Translations under genes and position numbers: made by a program
DNA from: Felis catus
Taxonomy: Eukaryota
Direction: 5' to 3'
Assembly: GCF_018350175.1 (NCBI RefSeq)
Contig: NC_058368.1
Span: 181,104,001 to 181,168,000 of the forward strand
DNA: 64,000 nt
Shown: piece after piece, positions 52,387-64,000 of the stretch
How the letters are laid out: every line of letters begins with the position of its first letter
Position numbering within the stretch: the first letter of the stretch is position 1
The notes under the pieces: model-generated
Database searches by the model: none
The model's input: only the letters and a program-made list of their open reading frames with translations
Told to the model about the DNA's origin: nothing

Positions 52387-53049
52387 AGAAACACTGAAAT
52401 ATAATACCATGTATAATCTTAAAAATAATACTAGAGCATTATAATGTTAAAGTATATGTAACAAACATTATGATGTAATAACATAATAGTACATATATAT
52501 TAGTAGTGATGTAATACCATTATTTCTAACTATCTCTACTGTCCTCTCGCCCACTTCCCCCTCCTATGGTGTCAAATGCTTATTTTATCTGTTCTGTTTA
52601 TGCAAAAAATTCCTAGCACATTCCAAGGGACATTTTAAATGTACATTTGATGCTCCAGCAATACCTGCTCCAATTTCACTATTTCAGCCAGAAGAAATAC
52701 TCATAATTCCAAGAGGGGGGAGGCTGAAAAGTGGAGGGTTAAGCCATGGAGTTTTCCCTTAAGAAGCTAGATTAGGAAAAGCTGGGCTCTCAGCTGGTCT
52801 CTTCGTGTGTTCTTGGGAGCTCTAGTTCTAGTGTTATTTTGTGTTCTCCTAAGGAAAACTGATGGCTGGAGAAAACCTTGGACCTTTTTCTCTAAATCTA
52901 ACTCAGAATTCCTAATGGAATTCTGAATATTTTTTTCCATCATTAACACAGAGGATTTACTGATGGGACAATCAAGAGTGGTTCAACAAAATCAATGGGA
53001 ATTGGCCTAAGAGATTCTTGGAACTAAGGGTCTGTGGGGGTTTCCCTGG

Positions 53050-53275
53050 AGGAGGCACTCCAGTATAATGGGGAAAAATAGGAGTTTGGCAAAATCAAGT
53101 CAAGCTTCCTGCTTCCTGGCTGTGGGGTACCATAGAAACCACTTAGGTTTTCAGGCTCTCAGTGTCCTTCCCCATCTAGAAAATAGGGATGATGTTTACT
53201 TTTGCTGCTAAAGTTTACTTAAGAAAATGATAGTAAATGATCTGGCACATAATTAGCACTGAGTCAGTGTTGCTA
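53050..53275 (+). mobile_element. MIR SINE, diverged
   Basis: CAGTATAATGGGGAAAA...CTCAGTGTCCTTCCCCATCTAGAAAATAGGGATGAT...CTGGCACATAATTAGCACT. Confidence 0.6.
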
Positions 53276-54380
53276 CTCCTCTGTTGCCCTCAATAGTTGT
53301 TGAGTCATCTAGCATAAACTTGCTATCGTACTTAAAGAGGACAAGGGAATACTGGGCAAGATAGTGTTAAGGAATAACTCAAATCGAAAGAGGAAACCCA
53401 AATACAGATAGGGAAGTTTTACCTTCCGTTAACAACATCCTTAGGTAGATGTGAACATTTACACACTGAAATTACATTTAAACCAAACAATCATTCCGAC
53501 TTTCCAATAGTCCCAGTGCTTAGTGAGTACAATTTCTTCTCCCTCTAGTTTTTAGGAGAAGGGTGGTGAGGGGAGAGATGGTGGAAAAGGGTTTATACAA
53601 GGCTGTTCTTGCTGCAGATTTAAGCAAAGATCTATTTGTACATTACAAACATTAAAGTACAAATACTCCTACCAACCCTAGATCTGAAGTTCTGTGCCTA
53701 AAACAGCAGTTAGCTTATATGTCATGTTCTGACATAAGAGGCTTCCTTCTCCAGACACAAATAAGTCTGAAATTGCTGAAGGAATACTAAACAACTAAAG
53801 AAATCCAAATGGTTCTCTGTTTATTCTCCTTAATGAGAACAGCAATACAAGAAATATTTCACAAATGCTTCAGGGCTAGTAGTTTTTGAGAAAGTAATTG
53901 GTTTGAAAATTAACCTTTTGTTTCAGAATAGGTCTATTTACTGTGTATGTTGGTGATGTTAGATTTCATGTCATAAATCTTGATCAGGGACAAAAACCAG
54001 AGTGAGCTTTCATCAACCGCCTAGTCCTAATTTGCTGTGTAATTTCCATTCTATACAAGGGCCTCGGTTTCCCCATATTTCAAAAGTTGGTTTTAGGCTA
54101 GATAATTCTTAGTCGTACAGTTTCTGTGATTCAAAGTGACTAGCAAAAATGTAATTTTATTGCTTACAGTCTTTTGATTCAGTTTGACTAATTCCTCTTT
54201 TATCACTTGGTCTCCTGGTACTGTCTTTTCTTTCCACTTTTAATAAGTGAGGGACTGTCTTGAGAGATAGTAGCTGCCCATGTAAAAGAAGATTTATCTG
54301 ATAATAAGGTGAGATGATTATCTTAAATCCTTGAAATTGATGTTCTTTAAATGAAGGACTCAAAAAAGACCCGATTTTGC

Positions 54381-54514
54381 ACTGATCGGTCCTGGCAGTT
54401 TCAAATGAGTAATTTCAGTTTCGGGACCATTCCACGGTTTGGAATCATTCTATTTTCATTTGAGCTGGGGTCAGAACAAACATAATGCATTTCAAACTGC
54501 CAGAGCCCATCAGT
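54381..54514. repeat. Element with 27-bp imperfect inverted arms (MITE-like hairpin)
   Basis: ACTGATCGGTCCTGGCAGTTTCAAATG (54381-54407) versus the reverse complement of 54488-54514, ACTGATGGGCTCTGGCAGTTTGAAATG: 23/27 identical. Confidence 0.8.
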
Positions 54515-55160
54515 CTTTCACTTCCTAATCTTTATTTGTAAGTAAAATTGCAAGGGCTTTGGTGTATCAAAAATAGTGTGACATAGGTGAACTGATCAGA
54601 GTTTCTTTTCCATCATCTAGTATAGCATATGATCAAAGACAGACACTCACTACTTGAGGTTAGATCTTTCCATATGAAAAGAGGCTGACATACACAATGC
54701 TTTCTCTCTCCACTATCTGAACTTTTGTCTCTATAAAAATAAATACTGAAGCATGCCACAAAATTGCAATTACTCTAAGAGCATCCAATTCTGATTCCAA
54801 GCTTTAAAAAAATATATATATTTTTTATTATTTAAGACATTGTCTTCTATATGAAACAAAACAAGTGGAAATTACATATCTGTATAGAAGGAAGTGGGTT
54901 GCAAACACCATTTCTAAATTGATTATTACCTTGATTGAAACTGATTTCTAATATCTAGAAGAGAGAGACTTGTTTCATGACAACTCTGGTTTCTAGAAGC
55001 ATATTCAGTTACTACACTCCCATGTGGGTTAGACTAAGCATTATATTTTTATAGATTATGTATTTTAAAGATTGAAATAAAATCCATGTGCTTTCTCAAA
55101 TTTGCATTTTGCATATTGCATTTAGGTGCAAAGTCTTATGTTCTGTATCAATGAGAAATA

Positions 55161-55208
55161 CAACTTCTATACTGGCTGGCTAAACAACTTCTATACTGGC
55201 TGGCTAAA
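55161..55208 (+). repeat. Perfect 24-bp tandem duplication
   Basis: CAACTTCTATACTGGCTGGCTAAA x2. Confidence 0.97.
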
Positions 55209-56759
55209 GGCAGAAGGAAGCCGAAAGTTGGCGCCTGGCATTGTATGATACAGTCTTAACGCAGTTTAATTTTAGTGGTAGATGCATCAAGCCAGATTTC
55301 TAATCTACTAGCAGATTTAAAGAATTTAAGCTCTTCTTAAGTACCGAATATTTTTAAATTGTTTCCACTTTATACAATATTCCTTTTTATCAGGCAGGGA
55401 ATGTATCACTTAAAAGAATGTACATGGAAGTCTAGACATGCATGAGAAAAGACACATTTCGGCAAAGAAAGGTACCTGGGTTACTTCTAAATCTACATTC
55501 GGTTGTCGCCCAATATATCTGCATGATACGATTAACATGGTGTGCTAACAACCTGGCTATTACTCTGAGATGAGAGAAAGACAGTAGAAGCATTCTTGCT
55601 ATACAAGGACCCGTTCTAGAAATGCTTGTTATAAGCAATACAAAGGCCTAAAATGATGATTTATCTCAAAATCCTAAAGGAAACAACTGTGACCAAGGGC
55701 ATTCTCTCCAATTTCAGGAGTGTTTCTATGAAAAGAGCGTTAGACTTCAAGAAAATAATTATCATTGAGAGGCAAATCCACAAATCTTGGAGAGAAGATG
55801 AGGAAAAAAATATTTACAGCTTTCATTTAACTGTTAATTTTCAGCCTGTCTTCCCAGAGAGGCAGAAGCCTACACAATGGACATTGATCAATCTCATGGA
55901 TAAATGGGATTTGGCAAAGAGTGTAGGGCTTATAACCCCCAAATGCAGTTCAAATGAAGTCTTATTTTGAAGGCCCAAACAGAGAGGCAGATTTTGTGGC
56001 CATAAGAAGATAATCAAGTTAGGGATACATACTAGAAGACTTTCTAACAAAAGATAGCAGAACATAGAAAGCTTCTCCAAGGCTATACCCTTTTTATAAA
56101 ACACTAGTATTTTTAGCATGAATGGACAGATAGGGCCAGATCAAATATTTCTGAGTCATTCAATTAAGATCAAAAATCATAATAGCTCTAAAATGAAAGG
56201 AATTCTGGTTGTAAGCAGTAGAGGGTTAATTCCACAGGGACATGGGCTGTGTCTGTGTTATCTGTTACTGTATGTTCAGAGACTAGGGGAAGACCATGTA
56301 AAGGATGAGAACTTAATAAATATTTATTTAAGAAAGAACTGCTTAAATGAAAAAAAAAAATCACACATTTCATAAGATGAAAAATTACACAATTATTAAA
56401 ATGAGATTCTTAAAGCATAGAAAAAGACCACAATAACAATAATTTTAAAAGTAGGTTTCCAAATTTAAAAAGCATGATATAAATATCATTTTATTAAACA
56501 TTTTACTGTATATACAGAAAAATATCTGAGGTCACAGTTTCTCCACAATATTTAATAGTATGGTTACATCAGAAAAAAAAACTTAAAAAATTGTAATTTC
56601 CTAATGTATAAATAATACAGATTTTGTTGAAATAATAAGGAATTTCTGTTAAAAAATATAATAAAAGCTAAATATTGCCAACATAACTACGAATAGATTC
56701 ACCTCAAGCCCAAGGGACATATCAAAAGCTTCTAAATTTAAGTCTTTAGAAGTGACCAG

Positions 56760-57400
56760 AGTTTGGTGAAAGAAAAATCCATGAGACAGGCAGAATGAAA
56801 CCACATCTCTGAGGCACCATTTATGTGAGTAAAACAACTTCACAATCAATGTAAAATTTTATGGGTAACCGATAAGAGGATTGAATTGATGGTTCTAAAT
56901 ATGCTGAGGTGACAAAATGCCAGGAAGGATCTGGGCCGTCTTATACCCTTAAGTTGCATCCTATAAATAACACAGTTTAGAAGATCCACAAATGGAGAAT
57001 TACAGTAGTCTATACTTAAAGTAATAAAGGGGTTTACCAACGTTTCCACGTTGTTCTTGCTGAGCTGGGGCTTCACTTCCATGTGGATAAAACAATGCTC
57101 CCGTAGTGACGGCAGGATGCTTACTCATTGATGAATCAGATGTCAACACGACACAAAGGCACACATAACTTTGGGATGCTTTTAAAATCACATTCCATAG
57201 AAGGGTTACTTGAAAAGAAACCCAACTCAGCAAGCACTTGGAGCCCAGGAACTGAACTTTGATGTGATTTTGATTCAGTTCCATCAAACTGGGTGACAGT
57301 CTTCGACGATGTTCAACCTGGGTAAAATCCTCACATAAAAGGGATGAGTGCTTTTCCTCACTCTGGATTAGCATGTACTATAGTGAATAACTGCCCCTTG
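56760..57400 (-). mobile_element. Ancient L2-clade LINE ORF2 fossil (RT thumb and C-terminal region; possibly an amniote-wide family such as AmnL2-1)
   Basis: Colinear motifs across frameshifts: ELNQNHIKVQFLGSK, LCVVLTSDSSMSKH..ALFY, LSKNNVETLVNPFITLSIDYCNS, YRLPIKFYIDCEVVLLT. Confidence 0.8.
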
Positions 57401-57589
57401 AGAACCACTATATTGATAGATCCCAGCTCCCTCACTGCATTTTCCTGTTCTTCTTTACTTGTTTGGATGCTTATCCTTTCAACAGTACACATTAAAATAT
57501 ATGTAAATTACAAAGCATTATGAAATTGTTACTTCTTATTGCACCACTGTCAGGGTGTTTGAGAGCTGGGAATACGTCCTACTCACTTT

Positions 57590-57785
57590 TCTTGTAAATT
57601 ATTATTAAGTGTAATGCCAACTAGAACTTTATATGTGGCTACTCTGCGTAGAAATCATATTAAGAGCTTTATATGCAGCATTGCTGCTGCTCAGAACCTC
57701 CTGCAAGATACTATCCCCATTTTACACACAAAAATTGATATACAAAAGTTTAATTTCTTTTGCAAAGTAGCATAAGGCTACTACA
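57590..57785 (-). mobile_element. MIR SINE, diverged
   Basis: CTCAGAACCTCCTGCAAGATACTATCCCCATTTTACACACAAAAATTGA. Confidence 0.55.
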
Positions 57786-58859
57786 TATGATGATTGTATA
57801 ATATTGCCTACTGTGGACACAACTTGTACTGATCATCAACTAAATGGTCAGTGAGTGAAATGCTTTGAGACCTGCCTCCAAGATCTGAGTAGAACTATCT
57901 TATTCTAAACCTACAAGGAACAAGACTCACTGGAAATTGAAATTGGTTGGAAGAATGCCTGGATGATTTTAATATTCATTGTAAGTTAGCTGGTTGGGTA
58001 ATAGGTATGACATTTACCTACAACAAAACAAAAACCACCAAATCAAATAATCTCACCCTTCTCCAAAAGAAAAAAAAAAAAAGCCTCTATGCTGTTGATT
58101 AAATCTTGGAGAACTTGGGTTCAAATAAATCAAAGAAGTTTTTATTGTAAAACTTATTAGGGCTTTTAATATATTAATAGTTATTATGAAGTGCCACAAA
58201 AAGGCTATGATATAAATTATTTCTCAAACTTATTCCAGCAAGGAACACTTCCTTAGTAGGGTTTCATATTAGACTGATTTTCTATGGATTATATTTTACA
58301 AAATTCCACCCTGGGGAAGCTTGAGCGATCAGACCTCTTCAGATGGCTTAGAGGCTGACACACCAATGTATAAAGACCAACTATGTTAGATCAACATTTT
58401 ATTTTGTACAACTATGTTTCAGAAAACATGATTTGGCCCTAGGTAGACTAATATAATGAGCAGTTTTTTTTTTTAATAGACATACATTGTTTTTTCAAGA
58501 ACAGAAAAGTAATGTGGGGGAAATTTCCTGCCTCATTGTATGCAAATGCATAGGGAAATTTTTTTTTAATGAAATTGTAGGAAAAAAGGGCCTGATTAAG
58601 ACACAAAAGTATCGGGTCAAAATACCAAACCCATATATTCAAAAGGAACAAAATGTTTTGTTGGGGAAAAAAAGGAAAAAAAAACACTATCAAATTAAAG
58701 AGAAAAATATTGCCAAATATAGTATTGTTTCCCCACTTTCTGTACACACATACAACTGAATAATCAAGATGAAAATGTATTAAAATGAATTTAATATATA
58801 AATGAATGTTTAACAATTTTAGTATCATAATGATATAATTTATTGGAAAAATAAATGAG

Positions 58860-59031
58860 TAAGAATAAAAGATAATCTAAAGAAAAGAGAAACAAGGAAG
58901 AGAGACTTCCTCTGTTACATTAAACTTACTATAAACTTATAAACAGTTGGAGTAACATTGCAAAAAAACATATGTGTGTGTGTGTATATTTATACACACA
59001 CACAAGTGTATCTGATAGAGCAATATATATG

Positions 59032-59063
<32 letters not shown>

Positions 59064-59164
59064 TATATATACACACACACAAGTGTATCTGATAGAGCAA
59101 CATATGTATACACACACACACGCATATATATATACACACACACACAAGTGTATCTGATAGAGCA

Positions 59165-59211
<47 letters not shown>

Positions 59212-59770
59212 TGCCCTGAATAGACTTTACTGCACAAGAGATTTAATATAGAATACAAATGAAAATTCTAGTAATAGATGAACTTTTTGGGGAAAAATAA
59301 AAGATCCTCATGTGACACATACACAAATTTTTAGATAGATTAAAAAGTTCAATGTTATTAAAAAGTTATTTTTTAAATTAAAAGAAAATAGTATGTAGTT
59401 ATGGAAACTTATTATGGAGATTCTTTTATAGCTGAGAATCAATTCAACATGTCTAAAATATTAAGAAGACCTTCCTACATTTAAAAAATCTTCATGTGAA
59501 AAAACAACAGCAAAAAAGCTACTGGGGTAAAATATTAATAATGAATATAATAAGCAGAAGTTTACTATATCTTAAAAATATTAAGAGTACTTATAAATTG
59601 AGAAAAATCTGATATTGTTTTAGAGAAATATAATCAAGCTGAAAATTCAGTGGAAAGTGAATAGATCAAAATATCAAGTGTGCAACTTCAACAGAAATAA
59701 GTGATATATAAGTGTTTTAAATCATTACTATTGCTACTTATTACATAGACCAAAAGATTAAAAAAAATCA
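58860..59770 (+). mobile_element. Very old LINE-1 ORF2 3' fragment (L1ME/L1M5-like)
   Basis: A-rich, with degenerate L1 ORF2 landmarks (AATCTAAAGAAAAGAGAAACAAG..GAGACTTCCTCT..TTACTATAAA, CACATACACAAATT..GATAGATTAAA, CTGGGGTAAAATATT). Confidence 0.6.
58970..59210 (+). repeat. Compound VNTR: three 21-bp cores separated by variable (TA)n/(CA)n tracts
   Basis: CAAGTGTATCTGATAGAGCAA at 59003-59023, 59080-59100 and 59145-59165. Confidence 0.95.
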
Positions 59771-62679
59771 CACATTAAATGACTGGCAGTATTTATCATT
59801 TTCTAGTAAAATAATTTTACTTTTACTTCTTTATTTTTACAAATTATTTTATAATAAACATTTCATCAGATTTTTATAATTATTAAATTAATACAAGTTA
59901 TATTTTAAAGCCACGAAATATTTTAAGACATAGACTTTGGCAGAATACTAATATGTTTTTGAGAGTGCTATTTGATTCATGAGAGAATTCCCACAGTCTG
60001 ACAATGAATGCATGAAACAAAATCCAGATTTTTAAAATATTCATTTGTCTCGACGGGTTTAAAAGACAGATTTGAGTGAAACTATTGGTTATTATGTTAA
60101 ATTTTTTTCCTGAATTTTCCAAATTTCCTACAAAGTCCAGTCTCTACTTTTAAAGCTAGAAAATACATATTTAAATAAAATGTGCTTAGTATTATTGCTA
60201 TCATAAACTTGGAGTGTCTATGGGAGAGTCCAAATGGAAAGTGTGCTTCCAAAAAAGCAAGTGATGAAATATGGTATAACATGTGGTGTTCAGCCTTCCT
60301 GTGTCTTCCATACAACAATTCACATTTACTTTTGAATTCGGACACTAGTTTTTAAAATACAAAAACAAAAACAATTACAAAAAAACAACAACAAAAACCA
60401 CCAAGTCTTACAGAGTTGTATTTCATTACTCATTTGCCGATACTCAACAAATGTTAAATATGTATATTATGCATTAAGGGAGCATAGAGAGAGACAACAT
60501 ATGACAAGTTCGTAGCTTTACAAAGATAGCAAAGATGACACATTCTTCCCTCATTCAGAGAAACATTAGTGTCATCTGATTTTTATGTTTCTTGGCAGAT
60601 CTGAAGGAAAGTTTCAAGGACATAAAGATAAGACAAATTAAATGGGAGCAGCATAATGAAAACTACAAGTCCAAACTCCACTTGCTGAATAACCAGCATC
60701 CCCTATATTGTCCTTTATAAAATATCCAGTAATTCTACATAGGTTTTACAAGTCTCTTCCATGGTTTCAGTAATTCTCTAAAATGGTCTCATGCACATGT
60801 GCTTTTAAAAAAATATTATTACATTATTAGGTACCTATGGTAGATTTTATTTCATTTTTGTTTGCTTGTTCGAGCTTCTCAAGTGATAGTGGGAATAAAA
60901 TGTTTTGAAAAGGTAATCCATAAGTAAGAATCAAGAGGAAATAATATACTTTAACAATGCTTATTTGTATCAATTCACTGGGATGAAAACTAATTGTATC
61001 TGTAGCTCCATAATTACCTTCCAAAATGAAGTTCACTCAACACACCCAACTGATGGAAAGAAATAGTACTATCATAGTCTGTCTAGGTATATGATAAGTG
61101 ATATCTCAAATTAAGGAGAAATTCAATGCATGGATATTCACCACAAATATGTAAACTATTCTATAGCAAGCTACCATATCTAAATGCTGCCACCAGGTTT
61201 AGGCTATTAGCTATAACCAGGTAGACAATCAAGATATTTAGAATATGAAGACAAGTAGAAATTTCCCCCAAAATGCCAGTTTTCGACTATGTCATCCAGT
61301 AGACATTTTCATGTTGCAATTATGTTGCACACTCATTCCATTTATGATGAAACATATGGAAACTTAATTCTCTGAGAAGGTGAACAATAAGCCCTGGGAA
61401 TATCACTCACTTTCAACAGATTGAAATGGTCTGATCACCTCCTGCCATTCCCTGCCTTTTTCTGAGCAGAGATGCCTCTTTGGATCTCAGCATGCGATTC
61501 TCATTAATGGCAGCAGAGGGGGGTGCTGGAGCTCTAGGTGACCATGCTTGTGCATTAAACCAGACTTTTGCAAACCACTGGGCTCATGGGCTAAGGGGAG
61601 AAAAGTGGGAATTTCCCAGCCCCAGTAATGTTTTCTGACATATAAAAAGGGAAAATAGTTACACCTTTCACTGCATCACTGTGGGAAACTAATTTGTTTT
61701 GACATACTGAGAAATAATCTGATGTTCGTATTTATTCCGAAAAAAGCTGTATTAGCTAAAAACAAATTTCAGGAATAAAACCAGAGATACATAATCAGAC
61801 ATGTACATCTACTGAGCACATCTGATATGTAGGGAATTAACTATTGCTCATAAACTTCTCTTTAAAGGAATCTAATTTCTATCACTTTGAAATCTTTCCC
61901 AATTCCTCTCTCTAGCACAACTAGGACCCAGGACACAGCTGTCTCCAGGAGCACATGGAAACATTATACCCAGAACACTAGCGGGCATTGATCCGACCCG
62001 CTTGTCTCATGCTTCTCCTTCCAAAGGGCCTTATAAATGATCTTGATTGAAGAGCTATTTCAATACTATTCTTGGCACAATGACAGTCACTGAAAACCTT
62101 TCTGAGCTACAGCCTGTTTCACAATAAGCTGACACACCACCTTATTTATTTATCTTCACTTTAAGAAAAGCTAATAGCCAAAATTCTTTTTAAACTTAAA
62201 AATGACAAAATCGCCACTCTCTCCAAACTCCTCTGGTTGGGAGAGTCTTAGAAAAATATATTGGGCCTTAAAGATAACAGAAAGAAGGGGGGACAAACCC
62301 CAATGAGACCGTAGTGAGTGATAAGGGACTCGGAGTTACAAGTATTAAAAGAGATGAATTGCATTAACCCCTGCCCTACCCCATTATATTCACTGCCCAC
62401 TGGAAACAACAACAGAATTACGAAAATCCCACACTCTCTAATGGGATGGTAATAGGATTCAGAGGCCATTAGGGTAAAGGCAATCCATATTTTACATTGT
62501 AATAAGCTCAGACTGAAGATGTTGCACCCCTCCTCAGAGATCAACAATTACCAATTTAACATTAACAAATCCACAAGCACTATCAAAACTGCAAAATAAA
62601 CCCTAGTTAAGAGCGAAAGGTGTAGTTTTTATAGCTGTCTATATATTTTTGTGAAGGAAAATCATCAACCTAAATTGAA

Positions 62680-62684
62680 ATATA

Positions 62685-62772
<88 letters not shown>
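62680..62772 (+). repeat. Compound (TA)n(TG)n microsatellite
   Basis: Direct read. Confidence 0.96.
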
Positions 62773-62774
<2 letters not shown>

Positions 62775-62874
62775 TTACTCTGATACTGATTTCTCATTCC
62801 AGAATGATTTGGAAATGAGAGATAGTCAGATTATTATGGGGTAGTTACAATTTTTAGAAACAAAACATTTTCTT

Positions 62875-63080
62875 TTTTTAACATTTATTTATTTTTGAGG
62901 CAGAGAGAGAAAGCATGAACAGGGGAGGGTAAGAGGAAGAGGGAGACATAGAATCTGAAACAGGCTCCAGGCTCTGAGCTGTCAGCACAGAGCCTGACGC
63001 AGGGCTCGAACCCACAGACCGCAAGATCATGACCTGAGTCAAAGTCGGACGCTTAACCGACTGAGCCACCCAGGAGCCCC
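62875..63080 (-). mobile_element. Can-SINE (SINEC_Fc2-like) with perfect TSD
   Basis: ACAAAACATTTTCTT at 62860-62874 and 63081-63095. Confidence 0.96.
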
Positions 63081-63445
63081 ACAAAACATTTTCTTATGGC
63101 AAGTGTGTTCTAATTTTCAAAGAATTACCTTTTTCCTAAAAACATTTTCTCATTCAACCAGAAATAACTTATTTTTGGTTTTATTTTTCTACAAAAGATG
63201 TACGAGGGATTTAACAGAACACTCTTTGGAGAAGGAAAAGAAGAGTAAGAAAGGCATGGACATTTTGGCATCATCTTCACGGAAGCAAAAACTGGGATCA
63301 GGAGTGTGTGTAAAGTATTCCAAAAATAGGTATTACAATTGTCTACTCAAGTCATTTAACAGGCATATATTGTCAGGTGCACAGAAAACTATTATTGTTT
63401 GATTCCAATTTGTATTAATTTGTTGTCTAAAGAACTTCAAGGATT

Positions 63446-63700
63446 GGGATGCCTGAGTGGCTCAGTTGCTTAAGTGTCCCACGCTTGATTTAAACTCAAG
63501 TCATGAGCTCATGGTTGTGAGATCAAACCCTACTTCCTGCTCCATGCTGAGCATGGAGTCTGCTTGAAATTTGCTTTCTCTCTTCCCCTCCCTCTGCCCC
63601 TCCCCTGCTCATGCAGCCGTCTGGGGTACATGATCCATCTCCCTCCTTCCCTCACTCACTCACTCCCTCTCTCTCTCTCTCTCTCTCAAAAAAAAAAAAA
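63446..63700 (+). mobile_element. Can-SINE, older subfamily
   Basis: GGGATGCCTGAGTGGCTCAGTTG head, (CT)n, poly-A. Diverged TSD AAAGAACTTCAAGGAT / AAAGAAATTCTAGGAT. Confidence 0.9.
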
Positions 63701-64000
63701 AAGAAATTCTAGGATCACTGTAAGGTTTCTGATTTTTTTATATAATACAGAAAGACAATGCATTTTTTGGAAAATATTTTGATTGATGAGCTCTTAAATG
63801 TTCTCCAGAGATGAAGAAAATAATTTATTATTAATCTCCCCATGTTCCCCTTTTTAACCTTCCTGACAGAACATAAAAAAATAAAATCTCTAATAAAAGA
63901 TAGCAAATATTACCAAACTATAGAAAAATAGCCAGGTCTCCTTACCCTCACCCTCCCCATGTTACATAAGATATGCTTTAGTTCTTCCTGAAACCTCCAT

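Noticed and set aside
57000..57374. 124-aa ORF as a domesticated gene
   Set aside because: RT homology is split by frameshifts and stops, and no intact YADD motif is visible; treated as a fossil
58970..59210. CRISPR-like array (identical 21-bp repeats with variable spacers)
   Set aside because: Mammalian DNA, spacers are pure microsatellite, only three repeats, no cas genes; it is a VNTR
61508..61545. CTCF-like G-rich motifs
   Set aside because: Mismatches at key core positions; cannot be supported without a PWM scan or ChIP data

Overview
AT-rich, essentially non-coding mammalian DNA, almost certainly from a felid. It holds many carnivore tRNA-derived SINEs (Can-SINE/SINEC, two of them young and CpG-intact with perfect target-site duplications) and felid-type L1 3' ends. 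I recognise no host protein-coding exon, tRNA, rRNA or CRISPR array, so the window reads as a large intron or gene desert. Most ORF-track entries are by-products of repeats. Older elements fill much of the rest: MIR, L2, old L1M, MLT1 solo LTRs and hAT MITEs (MER5, MER3, MER102 types). Repeat-free islands between them look like conserved regulatory elements. I found no evidence of a new multi-gene system. The best leads are: (i) a very ancient L2-clade LINE fossil at ~56.76-57.40 kb whose reverse-transcriptase C-terminal motifs are still readable; (ii) a 134-bp element with 27-bp inverted arms at 54.38 kb; (iii) a CpG- and MEIS/NR5A-motif-rich island at 39.65 kb; (iv) a minus-strand exon candidate at 25559-25736; (v) a four-retroposon nest inside a MER5 at 42.75-44.45 kb; (vi) a repeat-spacer-like VNTR at 59.0 kb. 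Repeat families were assigned by eye from remembered consensus features, and boundaries of old elements are approximate.
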